From positions 37,572,001-37,636,000 of the forward strand of contig OZ024756.1 in assembly GCA_964016885.1 (NCBI GenBank): DNA of 64,000 nt, given 5' to 3'. The DNA comes from Eledone cirrhosa. Lineage: Eukaryota. Position 1 is the stretch's first letter; each line of letters begins with the position of its first letter. The translations under genes and the position numbers were made by a program. Shown piece after piece: positions 27,942 through 42,121 of this stretch. Below the pieces are notes generated by a model. That model worked only from the letters and a program-made list of their open reading frames with translations, did no database searches and was not told the origin of the DNA.

Positions 27942-28265
27942 GTAGGGTTGATACAAGCAAAATTATGGAAGTTGACAATATTTGTATTCACCGACATATT
28001 TGCCCATTGCCAGTAGTTTCATGGAGGAAAACTGTCTAGAAGCCAGCCATATATATATATATATATATATATAGTAATGATAATTACAAAGACCATCTAT
28101 CTATATCTATATATCTATCTATATATATATAATTAGTACAGATTAAAGTTTAAGCAAAGAAACACATCTTTCACCCTATGATGGGATCTTCTCTATGTTA
28201 ATGTGATTGATATATATATAATCCTTATCGAGCCCTCTTTGGATTTTGGTCTTTGTATTTATTAT

Positions 28266-28310
<45 letters not shown>

Positions 28311-28399
28311 ACTAGAAAGAGAGATACATAAATATATATATATATATATACATGCATGTCTATATGTATATATATGTATGTCTGTGTGTGCATGTCTGT

Positions 28400-28590
28400 C
28401 AACATCTGTTTATGTCCTATAACTCAACTCTGTTTCACAGAAAAGAGAGTGAAGAAATAAGTACCACGCTTGAAATATAAGATCAATATAAGTACTTATG
28501 TCAACATTATCAACTAAAACCCTATAAAGGCAGTGAATGCCCCAGCATGACTACAGTCTAATGACTCAAATCAGTAATGGATTAAAAAGC
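28400..28590 (+). mobile_element. Old SINE-type 3' fragment
   Basis: CCCCAGCATG...ACAGTCTAATGACT tail also seen inverted at 7312-7356. Confidence 0.5.
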
Positions 28591-28843
28591 AAAAAAAAAA
28601 GAAAAGAATATATCTATCAAATTTGGCAAAATACAGATGAAGGAAAAGAAAATATACAGAGAGGGAAAATAAAAACACAGAGAAAATGGTAAAAATATGT
28701 AAAAACAAAAGAAGAAAAAACATAACTGAAGGATAAAACAATGTTTGTGTTTATTGCCTCACACTACTGCTCTCACTCTATCTTTGATACACCTTCTCCT
28801 CCTCCTCCTACTTCTGTATATCTTTGTGTGTTAATGTGATTGG

Positions 28844-28872
<29 letters not shown>

Positions 28873-28874
<2 letters not shown>

Positions 28875-28990
28875 CTTTCTTTTTATTTGCCACCAGGGCA
28901 TCAAAAAGTGGGACAAGTACAATGGGGGGAGTTTACATAAAAAGGCGTCCTCAATAAGGAGGAGGCAATAACAGAATATAAAAATAATAT
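28873..28990 (-). mobile_element. LINE 3' UTR end within a (GATA)n tract
   Basis: Minus strand ends GCCCTGGTGGCAAATAAAAGAAAG then (TATC)n; resembles the Tx1-type end at 6740-6760. Confidence 0.45.
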
Positions 28991-29002
28991 ATAGATAGGG
29001 AG

Positions 29003-29070
<68 letters not shown>

Positions 29071-29162
29071 TGATAGATAGGGAGATAGATAGATAGATAG
29101 ATAGATATAGTTATATAGATAGACAGATATATATATAGGATGAGAGGAGTGAGTGGTAGGTA

Positions 29163-29194
<32 letters not shown>

Positions 29195-29197
29195 AGT

Positions 29198-29231
<34 letters not shown>

Positions 29232-29321
29232 GTGTGTGTGTGTGTGTACTTATATATATATATATATATGTACTTATATATATATATATATAAGTATATA
29301 TATATATATATATATATAAGT

Positions 29322-29375
<54 letters not shown>

Positions 29376-29556
29376 TGAGAAAGTGAGAGGAACAGGGTGA
29401 GAGAAGCCGAGGTGGAATCTAGAGACCATATATAGATAGTTTAACCATTATCAGTTATCGGTTATATAACAGAGTCAATTATGGCATCATTCATTCATCA
29501 TCATCATAATCACCATCATCATCATCACCATCGTTCAATCACCATCACCATCATTC

Positions 29557-29594
<38 letters not shown>

Positions 29595-29681
29595 GTATTT
29601 TTTTTGACAGATGCCAGTTACATTTCAAATGTCTATATGAATTATCATCATCAACAAATTGTTTTATTTTTATCATCATCA

Positions 29682-29730
<49 letters not shown>

Positions 29731-29904
29731 CATCGTCAATTTTATTACTATTGGTTACATAACAGAAGGAATTACTAATATTAGGTTTCTTCACCAAAGT
29801 TTACTAAAAGCTAAATTTGTAGATTATATGTAAATATATACAGAGGAACCTTGGTTCACAAATGGTTCTCATCAGGAATAAATCAGTTCACGAAGAGCTC
29901 TAAC

Positions 29905-30178
29905 TCTAAGCTGTAAAAGCATGGCATCCGACCCTCTACTGATACTGCCAATCCACCACCATCGAAACAATGTTTCTACTTTTGGCACAAGGCCAGCAAT
30001 TACCCCCAACGCATTACTGGTGCTTTATTTTATCGACCCTGTAAGGATGAAAGGTAAAGTTAATCTCGACGGGATTTGAACTTAGAACGTAAACTTAGAA
30101 CTTAGAACGTAAAGGGCCATAACTCTATGCTGGAAAGCATGGTGTTAGACTCTCTACCAATTCTGCCAATCCACTGCC
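29905..30178 (-). mobile_element. SINE family A, one copy plus an extra head fragment
   Basis: Reverse-complement A/B boxes and body. Confidence 0.8.
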
Positions 30179-30405
30179 CATCACGAGTAATAATCAACGG
30201 TGTTTTTGAGTAATGAATATGCGAACCAGCATCAACCGGTTGGCAACAAGCTGGAAGTATTGGTGGGAAAGTGTCACTTACTGTATAATCTTCACTCAGT
30301 GCTCTTCTTTGCTCGAATTCACCGTGCCTTCCCTTGAATATCATTGTTTTATACATGTGTATGTGTTTTTTGATAAATTACTAGATTATTCCCCAGCACT
30401 ACAGT

Positions 30406-31192
30406 CTTCTTCTTCTTCTTCATCCATTAATTCCTAAGACGGTCATGGGTGGATAGAGTCCTCAAACACTCCTTCCAGTGGGTCCTGTCAGAAGCAACTG
30501 TCTCCATCTGATCAAGCTGGACCCCTAAGTGAGACCAGTTAAACTCATGGATGTTATCCAACCATCTTGCTCGGGGTGGGTCTACCCCTAGGTCTCCTAC
30601 CAGTTGGTTTTGACCGTAAAATCTGTCCAGTGATTCTTTCCTGAGACATTCTAACCACATATCCCATAGTATCAGAGCTGTGATCTCTCAAACAGAGAAG
30701 TAGCGGCTCTACCTGGAGTGACTCTCCAGTGATTCTATCCTGAGACATTCTAACCACATATCCCATAGTATCGGAGCTGTGATCTCTCAATTCAAAGAAG
30801 TAGCAGCTCTACCTGGAGTGACTCTCCAGTGATTCTTTCCTGAGACATTCTAACCATATGGCCATAGTATCAGAGCTGTGATCTCTCAATTCAAAGAAGT
30901 AGCAGCTCTACCTGGAGTGACTCTCCAGTGATTCTTTCCTGAGACATTCTAACCATATGGCCATAGTATCAGAGCTGTGATCTCTCAATTCAAAGAAGTA
31001 GCAGCTCTACCTGGATTGACTCTCCAGTGATTCTATCCTGAGACATTCTAACCATATGTCTCATAATATTGGAGTTGTGATCTCTCAAATATGTCCAATG
31101 ATTCTATCTTGAGACATTCTTACCACATGTCCATAGTATCAGAGCTGTGATCTCTCAATTCAGAGAATTAGCAGCTCTACCTGGAGTGACAC
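30406..31192 (-). mobile_element. RTE-clade LINE 3' end with (GAA)n tail; a 99-bp coding segment is tandemly amplified about 6 times
   Basis: GYVVRMSQERITGQILRSKPTGRRPRGRP / RARWLDNI...ASDRTHWK; unit starts at 30630, 30729, 30829, 30928, 31027. Confidence 0.8.
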
Positions 31193-31894
31193 TACCGGTA
31201 AAAATATTAGTCTATATTTTATGTTTAGTATTGTTTTTATCGTTTTTTGTTGGTTTTTTTTGCTAGATTTAATGATTTTCATTGGTTTTGATGATGTTGA
31301 TGGTGGTGGTGATGATGTTGATGGTGGTAGTCATGATGGTGTTGATGTTAGTGGTCATGATGGTATTGATGGTGGGGGTGATTATGGTGATGGCGATGGT
31401 GATGGTGGTAGTGTTGATGGTGTTGGTGTTGGTGGTGATGTTGGCGGTGGTGATGATAGTGCTGATGGTGGTGGTGGTGGTGATGATGGTGATTATGGTG
31501 ATGGTGTTGATGGTGAGAGTGATGATGTTGACGGTAGTGGTGATTATGGTGGTGGTGATGGTGGGAGTGACGGTGTTGATGGTAGTGGTGTTGATGGTGA
31601 AGGTGATTATGATGATGGTGGTGGTGTTGGTGGTGGTGATGATAATGTTGATGATGTTGATGATGATGATGATGATAACTATCCTTATATAGACTGACCA
31701 ATGTCCATCCAATCGATATCTATTTACAGCCTGCATGACTGTCTGTATGTCCAGCCCTCCTCCTCCCCTCCTATATCAACAACAACAACAAGGTACCTTC
31801 CAACCCTCCCACTGCTCACATATTCAATTAGAGTTACAAAGCAGTTATTTCAAATTTGCTAACAAGACACAACTACTCTCTCTCTCATGTTCTC

Positions 31895-31929
<35 letters not shown>

Positions 31930-31964
31930 TATTCTCCCTCTCTCTCTTGTGTTCTCCTTCTCTT

Positions 31965-32008
<44 letters not shown>

Positions 32009-32531
32009 CCTCTATCCTGTTGTAATTACATACCATGACTCATTGGATGCACAGACAAGATATGTGGTTGTGGTGGTGGTGGTGTGGGGGTGTGGTAGCT
32101 GTGGGGGGGAAGCTGTGGGGGTGTGGTGTTGTGGTGGCAGTGTGTGTGTGTGTGTGGGGGGGGGGTGATAGCAGTGGTGGTGTGGTGGTCGTGGTGGTGG
32201 TGGTGGTTGGGAAGGGTTGTGGTAGTGGTGTTGAGGTGGTGTGGTGGTTGTGGTGGTGGTTGGGAATGGTTGTGGTGGTGGTGGTGTTGGTGGTGGTATA
32301 GGTTGTGGTATTGTTGTTGTTGTTGTTGGTGGTGATGTTGTTGGTTGTGGTAGTGGTGTTGATGGTGGTGGCGGTGTAGGGATACGGGGGGGGGGTGATG
32401 TGTAAACTGCTGGACATTGTACTGGAGATATGATTTATTTGCAGAGACTCTGACAATGTTGCTGCTGTTGGTGGTACTGGTGTTTATACCAATGTTGAGT
32501 TGGGGTGGCAGTTCTGTTAATGGCTAGTAGT

Positions 32532-32616
<85 letters not shown>

Positions 32617-32619
<3 letters not shown>

Positions 32620-32710
32620 ATCCCGGGTTCAATTGTAAGGTACTCAATAGATGATGATTTCTCCTGAATGAAACAGTTCTAGTCGTATGGAAGCCATTTC
32701 TATATTAAAT
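32617..32710. mobile_element. Degenerate fold-back hammerhead element (44905 family)
   Basis: Inverted tail (GTACTCAATA) joined to ATGATGA-TTTCTCCTGAAT-GAAA-CAGTTCTAGTC. Confidence 0.6.
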
Positions 32711-32716
32711 ACATAT

Positions 32717-32781
<65 letters not shown>

Positions 32782-32811
32782 TATATATATATATAATATA
32801 TATATGGTCAT

Positions 32812-33064
32812 GTAGATATCATGACAAAAAAACGCCCAGACCACACTGTAAAGTGGTTGTGTAGGAGACACAACAAAAATCACCCAGCACACACTGTAAA
32901 TGTGATTGGGGTTAGGAAGGGCATCCAGCTGTAGGAACCAAACCAAAACCAGTTCTGTATGAACAAGACATGGTCATCAGACCTGGTTTGTCTCACAACA
33001 GGGCAACTCATCTAACCGATGCTAGTGTAAAAAAATGAATATTAAATGGTTATAATGATGATGA
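32812..33064 (+). mobile_element. SINE family C 3' fragment
   Basis: GGAAGGGCATCCAGC, GAT tail. Confidence 0.7.
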
Positions 33065-33193
33065 TATATATATCTAGGGAGTGTAACTTGGAGTTACTGT
33101 AGGTTCACCCGGGTGAGCACTCGATGTTTAGGTTCACTTCTGTGTCGAGGTGTAAAGCTAGACAGAGTGTATTTTTCCATTACCATTGTAAGG

Positions 33194-33278
33194 GATCTGA
33201 TGAGCCACGGATTACAGAGTCGGGATAGATCAATACAGATCGAACCTTGAGCTGATCAGTGGCGAAATGCGTGTCACC
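33194..33278 (+). ncRNA. Type I hammerhead motif with long stem II, in element 33073-33325
   Basis: CTGATGA-GCCAC[50 nt]GTGGC-GAAA-TGCGTG-TC-ACC; stem I imperfect. Confidence 0.62.
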
Positions 33279-33320
33279 AACCAATAAACATAATGAAGGA
33301 GTAACCAAGTGTCCTTTATT

Positions 33321-33357
<37 letters not shown>

Positions 33358-33451
33358 CAGAATTGGTTATTCCAATCTTTTGAAATTCCAGATGGTGTTT
33401 CTCTAAGTTTTTGAAACCATGGTTGGCCATTATATAAGTTAGGATTGGCTT

Positions 33452-33513
33452 CCTTTAACCAATTTGACTTGTATGCCACTTTGCTGTAGAATACAAGTCA
33501 AATTGGTTAAAGG
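33452..33513. repeat. Hairpin with 23-bp perfect arms
   Basis: CCTTTAACCAATTTGACTTGTAT / ATACAAGTCAAATTGGTTAAAGG. Confidence 0.85.
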
Positions 33514-33628
33514 TTGATTTGGGCTTAAATTTGATATTTTATATGAATGGATCTGTTATTTTTCTCTAAACACATTTTTTCCAATTCCACCCCACCCGTC
33601 CCTTCAATCTATCTAATTTCTCATTCTT

Positions 33629-33664
33629 TCTTCTGAGGAAGGACTAGCGTCTGAAACGTTAAGA
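33629..33664 (+). ncRNA. Minimal type I hammerhead motif, in element ~33549-33741
   Basis: TCTT-CTGAGGA-A-GGAC-TAGC-GTCT-GAAA-CG-TT-AAGA; homologue at 55671. Confidence 0.75.
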
Positions 33665-33766
33665 CCCTCTTCCTGCTATTTCAAGTGTTAACCTAATATA
33701 TTCCTTCCATATACTGTACCGATTTCTGTTTACCTTTTACATATATATATATATATATATAAAATG

Positions 33767-33952
33767 ATAATTGTTTCTACTTTTGGCACAAGGCCATCAA
33801 TTACCCAGTACATAACTGGTACTTTATTTTATCGACCCCGTAAGGATGAAAGGCAAAGTTAATCGCGGCGGGATTTGAACTCAGACCGTAAAGGGACGTA
33901 ACTATGCTGGAAAGCATGGCGTCCGACTCTCTACCGATACTGCCAATCCACA
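33767..33952 (-). mobile_element. SINE family A
   Basis: Reverse-complement copy. Confidence 0.85.
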
Positions 33953-34004
33953 CCCGGTATTATATATATAATGATAATGAGGATTATATATATATACATA
34001 TATA

Positions 34005-34545
34005 TTTTGAGTATATGTTGGTTGTATACCAACACCTCAGTATGCAGATTGGAGCACTCGACGAAGTGCGCAGGTTGGTTTGGTTACTCCGGAGTAATGT
34101 AAAATAAAATAAATAAGTCAAATGTTTAAAATTTGGCTTCGTTTACTACTGCTATATATATTTTGGTGACAGCCATCTTTAGCTGTGACCTCTTCAGGCA
34201 GTCCGAATTAGTGTGGTAGAGACGAGTACACATGTTGTTGAGGTGTTTAACTTTGTCAATACTCTGATATGCCCAGTTCCTGGTTGGGTTGTTATTTCAC
34301 TGAGGAACTGGAATCATATCTGATTATATATGATTCCAGTTCCTCAGTGAAACAACAACCCAACCAGGAACTGGGCATATCAGAGTATTGACAAAGTTAA
34401 ACACCTCAACAACATATGTACTTGTCTCTACCACACTAATTCGGACTGCCTGAAGAGGTCACAGCTAAAGATGGCTGACACCGAAATATATATAGCAGTA
34501 GTAAACGAAGCCAAATTTTAAACATTTGACTTATTTATTTTATTT

Positions 34546-34547
<2 letters not shown>
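34005..34547 (-). mobile_element. PLE-type fold-back element: tail 34005-34100 plus palindrome with 219-bp arms and 8-nt loop
   Basis: Arms 34101-34319 and 34328-34546 differ at only a few positions; flanked by (TA)n. Confidence 0.8.
34445..34499 (+). ncRNA. Type I hammerhead motif (mirror copy at 34148-34202 has GAAA>AAAA)
   Basis: ACTGC-CTGAAGA-GGT...ACC-GAAA-TATATA-TA-GCAGT. Confidence 0.8.
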
Positions 34548-34615
<68 letters not shown>

Positions 34616-34837
34616 AAAAAAATTATATTAACCGATATAAAAGCACAGAAGCGAAAACCAACCAAACAGTGAGTGTGTTCTGTTATTAATTCTGGCAATA
34701 TTATTACACAAATATGACCCCCCCCCCCCATATATATATATATATATATTAAATTCAAAGGGTATATATATATAATTAGACATGGGAGAGGAAATACTGT
34801 ATATATTTTATCTAATGATTCTTTGGACTTACATTTT

Positions 34838-34870
<33 letters not shown>

Positions 34871-35151
34871 CAGGATTACCGGGTATATGAAAAGATCATA
34901 CAAACTGAGAAATTGGGTTTTGATAGATACATGGCTCGCATAATAGAAACCTTGTAGGTTATTTTAATTATGGATATGAGGAAGTGAGTAAAGATAAAAA
35001 TGGTATTTTATTAATATAGTTCTAGGATATAATCATATAAATTTTCAGTATATATGTACATATAAGTGACATATTGGGATTAAATGTATGAGTAACCTTG
35101 GAGAAATATATGGCTAGAACCCAGGAACTTGAGATAGGTAGAGAGACAGTG

Positions 35152-35183
<32 letters not shown>

Positions 35184-35278
35184 GGGGTGAGAGAGAGAGA
35201 GGGAGAGAGAGATAGTTAGTTAGATTGATAGGTAAACAGAAAGTTAGACAGATAGACTGATATATCTTTATATATATA

Positions 35279-35445
35279 TCATCATCATCATCATCGTTTA
35301 ATGTCCATCTTCCACGCTTGCATGGGTTTGGATGGGAGTTTTCCCACTTGAGGCAAGAGTGGTTGTCCTGCTCGTATAGGACTGTATGGCGGGTTTTCTA
35401 CGGCTGGATGGGATGCCCTTCCTAACACCAACCACATTTACAGTG
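35279..35445 (-). mobile_element. SINE family C 3' fragment
   Basis: Reverse complement of 7675-7830. Confidence 0.75.
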
Positions 35446-35461
35446 TTTAATATAGAAATGG

Positions 35462-35508
35462 CTTCTACAGGACTAGAACTGTTTCATTCGGAAGAAATCA
35501 TCAGGAAA
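35462..35508 (-). ncRNA. Type I hammerhead motif, inverted relative to its tail (35509-35560)
   Basis: TTTC-CTGATGA-TTTCTTCCGAAT-GAAA-CAG[TTCTAGTC]CTG-TA-GAAG. Confidence 0.75.
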
Positions 35509-35614
35509 GTATTGAGTACCATACTTACTGTGGTTACCCCTGATTGAAGCCAGAATAAACATATATATATATATATATATGTATACATATATATATATAT
35601 AGAGAGAGAGATAA

Positions 35615-35678
<64 letters not shown>

Positions 35679-35758
35679 AGTATGTTTTAACGAGAAAATA
35701 TTGAAGCTTGCTAAAATTTAAGTCAATTTAGTTCAGTTGGAGGTAATTTTCTTTTATT

Positions 35759-35804
<46 letters not shown>

Positions 35805-35943
35805 TTATTTTTCGATAATATATTTTTTTGTTATTTTGTTTTGATATTTTTATTTCATTTTACTTCATGAGAAAATATTTAAATCGAATTTTGATTTCAT
35901 ATTAAAACCCAAATTATATTATAGCCGACACCTTCACCATTGC

Positions 35944-37048
35944 CATCATCATCATCATGAAACCCTCATCATCATCATCATCATCAACCCATCATCATCA
36001 TCATCATCATCATCACCAATCCATCATCATCACCAACCCATCATCATCATCACCAACCCATCATCATCATCATCATCAAAACATCATCATCACCAACCCA
36101 TCATCATCATCACCAACCCATCATCATCATCATCATCAAAACATCATCATCACCAACCCATCATCATCATCATCAAACCACCATCATCACCAACCCATCA
36201 TCATCATCATCAAAACATCATCATCACCAACCCATCATCATCATCACCAAACCATCATCATCATCATCATCACTAAATCATGATCCTTATTCCCAATCCA
36301 TTACCACCAAATCAGCATCATCACTACCATCATCATCAGCAACACCACCACCAGTACCACCACCACCACCACCACAACTACCACCACCACCACCACCACC
36401 GCCACTACTACCACCACCACCACTACCACCACCACCACTATACCACCACCACCACCACCACCCCCACCACCACCACCACCACCATCACCACCACCACCAC
36501 CACCACCACCACCACCACCACCACCGCCACTATACCACCACCACCACCACCACCACCGCCACTATACCACCACCACCACCACCACCACCACTATACTACC
36601 ACCACCACTACCACCACCATCACCACCACCACCACCGCCACTACCACCACCACCACCACCACCACCACCACCACTACCACCACCACCACCACCACCACCA
36701 CCGCCACTATACCACCACCACCACCACCACCACCACTACTACCACTACCACCACCACCACCACCACCGCCACTATACCACCACCACCACCACCACCACCA
36801 CCACCACCATCACTATCACCACTACCACCACCACCACCGCCACTATACCACCACCACCACCACCACTACTACCACTACCACCACCACCACCACCACCACC
36901 ACCACCGCCACTATACCACCACCACCACCACCGCCACTATACCACCACCACCACCACCACCACCACTACTACCACTACCACCACCACCACCACCGCCACT
37001 ATACCACCACCACCACCACCACCATCACCACCACCACCACCATCATCA
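35944..37048. repeat. (CAT)n followed by (CCA)n compound arrays
   Basis: Direct reading. Confidence 0.9.
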
Positions 37049-37190
37049 TTATTGTATTATTGTAACTGTTTTCTCAAATCTAATTATTTGCCAGCAGTTG
37101 AAATATTAATAAAGTTTACATATTGTGTGTGTGTGTGTGTGTGTGTGATGTATGTGTGTGTGTGTGTGATGTATGTGTGTGTGTGATGTG

Positions 37191-37238
<48 letters not shown>

Positions 37239-37302
37239 TGTATGTGTGTGTGTGTGTGGGGGGATATATGTGTGAGTGTGTGATGTATGTGTGTGTGTGT
37301 GA

Positions 37303-37337
<35 letters not shown>

Positions 37338-37729
37338 ATCTGTGTGTGATGTATGTGTGTGTGTGTGAGTCTGTGTGTTGTGTGTGTGTGTTGTGTGTTG
37401 TGTGTGTGTGTGTTGTGCTTCTACATGTGTTTGTGTTTGCATGTAGGTCAGTGTGTTTATATGTGTGTCTCTGTGCTTGTGTACGTGTGTGTTTGTATGT
37501 GTGTGTGTGTGTGTGTGTATGTATGTGTGTGTATGTATGTATGTATGTGCGTGCGTGTGTGTGTCTCCTCGAACTTCACACTGCAATACAATATATAGTC
37601 TAGTGCTGCCACCTATTTCCCCATCCATCAAGCATTACACAAGTTATAGTCCACAGCCAATGTCCCTATAATGTCTATACATGTTCAGCACAACTGGAAG
37701 GAAGTCCAGATAGACAAACAATAGTTTTA

Positions 37730-37922
37730 AATAATTGTTTCTACTTTTGGGCACAAGGCCAGCAATTATCCCAGAGCATTACTGGTACTTTATTTTATCG
37801 ACCCCATAAGGATGAAAGGCATAGTTAACCTCGGCGGGATTTGAACTCAGAACGCAAAGGGCCATAACTCTAAGCTGTAAAGCATGGTGTCTGACGCTCT
37901 ACCGATGCTGCCAATTCACCGC
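37730..37922 (-). mobile_element. SINE family A
   Basis: Reverse-complement copy. Confidence 0.85.
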
Positions 37923-37954
37923 CCTTCACAATAATTTACAATAATTTAAAATAA

Positions 37955-38360
37955 TATGGTTATACTATGTATGTATGTATATATGTATGTATGTATATAT
38001 GGTTATACTATGTATATATGTATGTATATATGGTTATACTATGTATGTATGTATGTATGTATGTATATATGGTTATACTATGTATGTATGTATGTATGTA
38101 TGTATATATGGTTATACTATGTATGTATGTATATATGTATGTATATATGGTTATACTATGTATGTATGTATGTATGTATATATGGTTATACTATGTATGT
38201 ATGTATGTATGTATATATGGTTATACTATGTATCTATATATGTATGTATGTATATATGGTTATACTATGTATGTATGTATATATGTATGTATGTATATAT
38301 GGTTATACTATGTATGTATGTATGTATGTATGTATGTATGTATGTATGTATGTATGTATG
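37955..38360. repeat. Minisatellite ATATGGTTATACT + (ATGT)n, ~10 units
   Basis: Direct reading. Confidence 0.9.
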
Positions 38361-38491
38361 GTCCCCTATTGTTCTATAGGCAAGTTAAGCCACCCCTACC
38401 TCCCACCAAATGCCATGATAGACTTATTTGTGTTTACAACAAATTTTAACCAATTCTCTTGACAACTACAATCTTCCCATATAAGGAAGTA

Positions 38492-38680
38492 CCTCCTTGA
38501 AAGGTTCGGCTATTTATTCACCAGGCTAAAAATTCTAATTTAGTCCAGAAATAGCCGTCGAAACGGCTTGAGCTCTGCCGTCGGGGTCATACTTTTTCCT
38601 ATTTCCCACTCTACTACGCTAAGTATTGAGTACTCTGGCTCGTTATGGTCCATCTGGTTCCTTACCACAATTCCTTTGTT
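38492..38680 (+). mobile_element. Degenerate hammerhead element plus tail (45548 family)
   Basis: CGGCTATTT...AAATAGCCG stem II, GAAA-CGGC[..]GCCG-TC-GGGG; CTGANGA box decayed (TTGAAAG). Confidence 0.55.
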
Positions 38681-38892
38681 ATATATATATATATATATAT
38701 ATATAAACCTTTCAAGTATTTACACAAGTCCAGCCTCTTGTCATTTTATTATAATATTTAACTCCGTACTAGAACCACCAACTACAAAAACGAAGATGGT
38801 TGAACTGCTTTACGTTGAGTTCTCACCATATTATTACATTAAGATTGACCACCCGGAATTGACCAGCTCTATCCAGTGGTCAACCTCAAACC

Positions 38893-38982
<90 letters not shown>

Positions 38983-39002
38983 TTTATATAGGTTTATATA
39001 GA

Positions 39003-39155
39003 AAAGACTTCTACAGAAATAGAGCTGTTTCATACGTATGAAACAGGTCAGGTCCTGTAGACGTCTTTGCTATATATATACCTCTGTCCTCACTCTACCC
39101 ATGTATTGAGTACCTTATTTATTGTGGTTACCCCGAGGCTCAACTTGGGATCAAC
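39003..39155 (+). mobile_element. Fold-back half-hammerhead element plus tail (relative of the 44905 family)
   Basis: Palindrome 39003-39068 centred on TACGTA; GAAA-CAG[GTCAGGTC]CTG-TA; tail GTATTGAGTACCTTA. Confidence 0.65.
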
Positions 39156-39157
39156 AT

Positions 39158-39193
<36 letters not shown>

Positions 39194-39267
39194 GTATATG
39201 TATGTATTATAGAGAGAGAGTGAGTAAGAGAGATTGGAAGACAGGCACACACATATACATACTCATA

Positions 39268-39319
<52 letters not shown>

Positions 39320-40700
39320 TATGTACATTGGTGAATCTTCAAACTATATCCATCAGATAAAATATGGATAAACATTAAATAATACGGACATACAAACAAC
39401 ACACACACACATATACAAAATAACTCACAATACACACACACACACAACAAAAATAACACACACACACAACAAAAATACCACACACACACACACACACAAA
39501 CAACACACACACACACACATACAAACGACACACACACACACACACTCACACACATACAAACAACACACACGCACATACAAACGACACACACACACACACT
39601 CACACACATACAAACAACACACACATACAAACAACACACACACACATACAAACGACACACACACACACAAACAACACACACACACCTCACGCACCACACC
39701 ACACCTCACACCTCACACACGCACCCCACACTCACACCACACACTACACCACACTATGCACCTCACACCACACACCTCACACACACACACCTCACACTAC
39801 ACCACACACACCACACCACACTATATTCCTCACACACACACCACACCTCAGACACACCTCACACACACTACACCACACACACACACCCCACACACACCAC
39901 ATTATACACCCCACATACACACCCACCTCACACCACACACACCTCATCCCTCACACCTCTCACACACACCACACCACACTACACCTCACACCACACCACA
40001 TACCTCACACCTCACATACACAACACCTCACACTACACACTACACACCCCACACACACCACACCACACCTCAACCCTCACACCTCACACACCCCATACAC
40101 ACACACACACACACCGCACCTCACACCATACCTCACACCTCACATACACCACACCTCACACACACACCACACACACACCACACCACACCACACCACACCT
40201 CAACCCTCACACTTCACACACACATACACACACCACACCTCACACCATACCTCACACCTCACATACACCCCACCTCACACACCCCACACCCCCCCACACC
40301 ACACCACACCTCAACCCTCACACCTCACCCCCCATACACACACACCATACCTCACACCTCACACACACACCCCACACACACCCTATGAAAAGAAATAAAA
40401 TTATGGATGAAAAAAAATACAAAAAATTACAAAACCAACCAAACAAACCAAACAAACCAAACCAAACTAAACCAAACTAAAACAAACCAAACCAAACTAA
40501 AAACAAACCACAACAATATAAACAGATGAAATGAATTGATAATTTGAAATAAAATTAATAAATTTAAAAACTATTTTCTATTAATTTTTACTACCTCCTG
40601 GCAATATTTTATTAATAGAGAAAAATAAAAATATATAAACGTGTGTGTAGTGTATGAGTTTGTATGTGTTTGTGTGCGCGTGTGTGTGTTTGTGTGTGTT

Positions 40701-40731
<31 letters not shown>

Positions 40732-40771
40732 TGCAAAGAAAATGGATGTTAGACGATGTTGATGTTATATA

Positions 40772-40804
<33 letters not shown>

Positions 40805-40865
40805 GCATATTTATATATATATGTGTATATATATGCATATATATATATATGTGTATATATATATG

Positions 40866-40898
<33 letters not shown>

Positions 40899-41001
40899 GT
40901 ATATATATATGTGTGTGTATATATATATGTATATATATATAAATATATATATATACATATAAATATGTATATATATATATGTATATATATATTTATATGT
41001 C

Positions 41002-41036
<35 letters not shown>

Positions 41037-41046
41037 GTGTTTAAAC

Positions 41047-41078
<32 letters not shown>

Positions 41079-41086
41079 GTGTATAA

Positions 41087-41121
<35 letters not shown>

Positions 41122-41294
41122 CAAAAAAATAATATATAATCAATCTTTGTTTCTAATATTTTTATTATTATTATTAATGTTATTGTTATTATTTTGTTGC
41201 TGTTTTTGTTTGTTTGTTGTTTTACTTTTGCAATCATCTTTAAAACAACAACAACACGACCACCACCACCAACAACAACAACAACAACAACACG

Positions 41295-41326
<32 letters not shown>

Positions 41327-41354
41327 CAACACGACCACCAATACCACCACCACC

Positions 41355-41385
<31 letters not shown>

Positions 41386-41402
41386 CCAACACCACCAACA
41401 CC

Positions 41403-41437
<35 letters not shown>

Positions 41438-41462
41438 CGACAGCAACACCACCACCACCAAT

Positions 41463-41493
<31 letters not shown>

Positions 41494-42121
41494 CCACCAC
41501 CAACAACAACAACAGCAGCAGCAACAACACCACCAACAACAACAGCAACACCACCACCACCAATAACAACAACAACAACAACAGCGGCAACAGCAACATT
41601 TAAAATCAGAATGTAAAGAGATAGACTTAAACACTTTGTGTGTGTGTGGGGGGGGGGGGGTGATAATGGTGGTGGTAGTGGTATTGGTGGTGGGGGTGAT
41701 AGTGGTGGGGGTGTGGTGGTAGTGGTGGTGGTGGTGATGATGGGGGTGATGGTGATGGTGCTGGTGGTGGTGGTGGTGGTAATACAAACAGCCAGCCTTA
41801 TCACATGCTGTGTCACATTGAATCTGTTGTGGGTCCACGTGTGTGTGTGTGTGTGTGGAATGCTCAGACACTTGCACACTAGCTGATAAGGAGACTGTTC
41901 TGTTGATCAAATATCTGGAAGACTCACCATCAAAACTGACAGAGGTGCCTTGATTAGTTTAACGCATGAAAGAAGAAAAGAGTCTTGTTGTTTCAGATAC
42001 TAGTCCATCATCGGAAAGGAGAACCACAGAAAGAAAAAGGGGATTGTTTTGGGGAAAAGGAGAAGGCAAAAAAAGACAAATGAAATAAATGAAGAATGAA
42101 ATAAATGTTTGTGGTAACTGC

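Noticed and set aside
29845-29878. Minus-strand CTGATGA followed by a GAACC/GGTTC stem
   Set aside because: No GAAA box
41980-42020. Minus-strand CCGATGA-TGGACTAGTATCT-GAAA resembling the 33629 family
   Set aside because: Core and cleavage triplet are decayed; at most a dead relic
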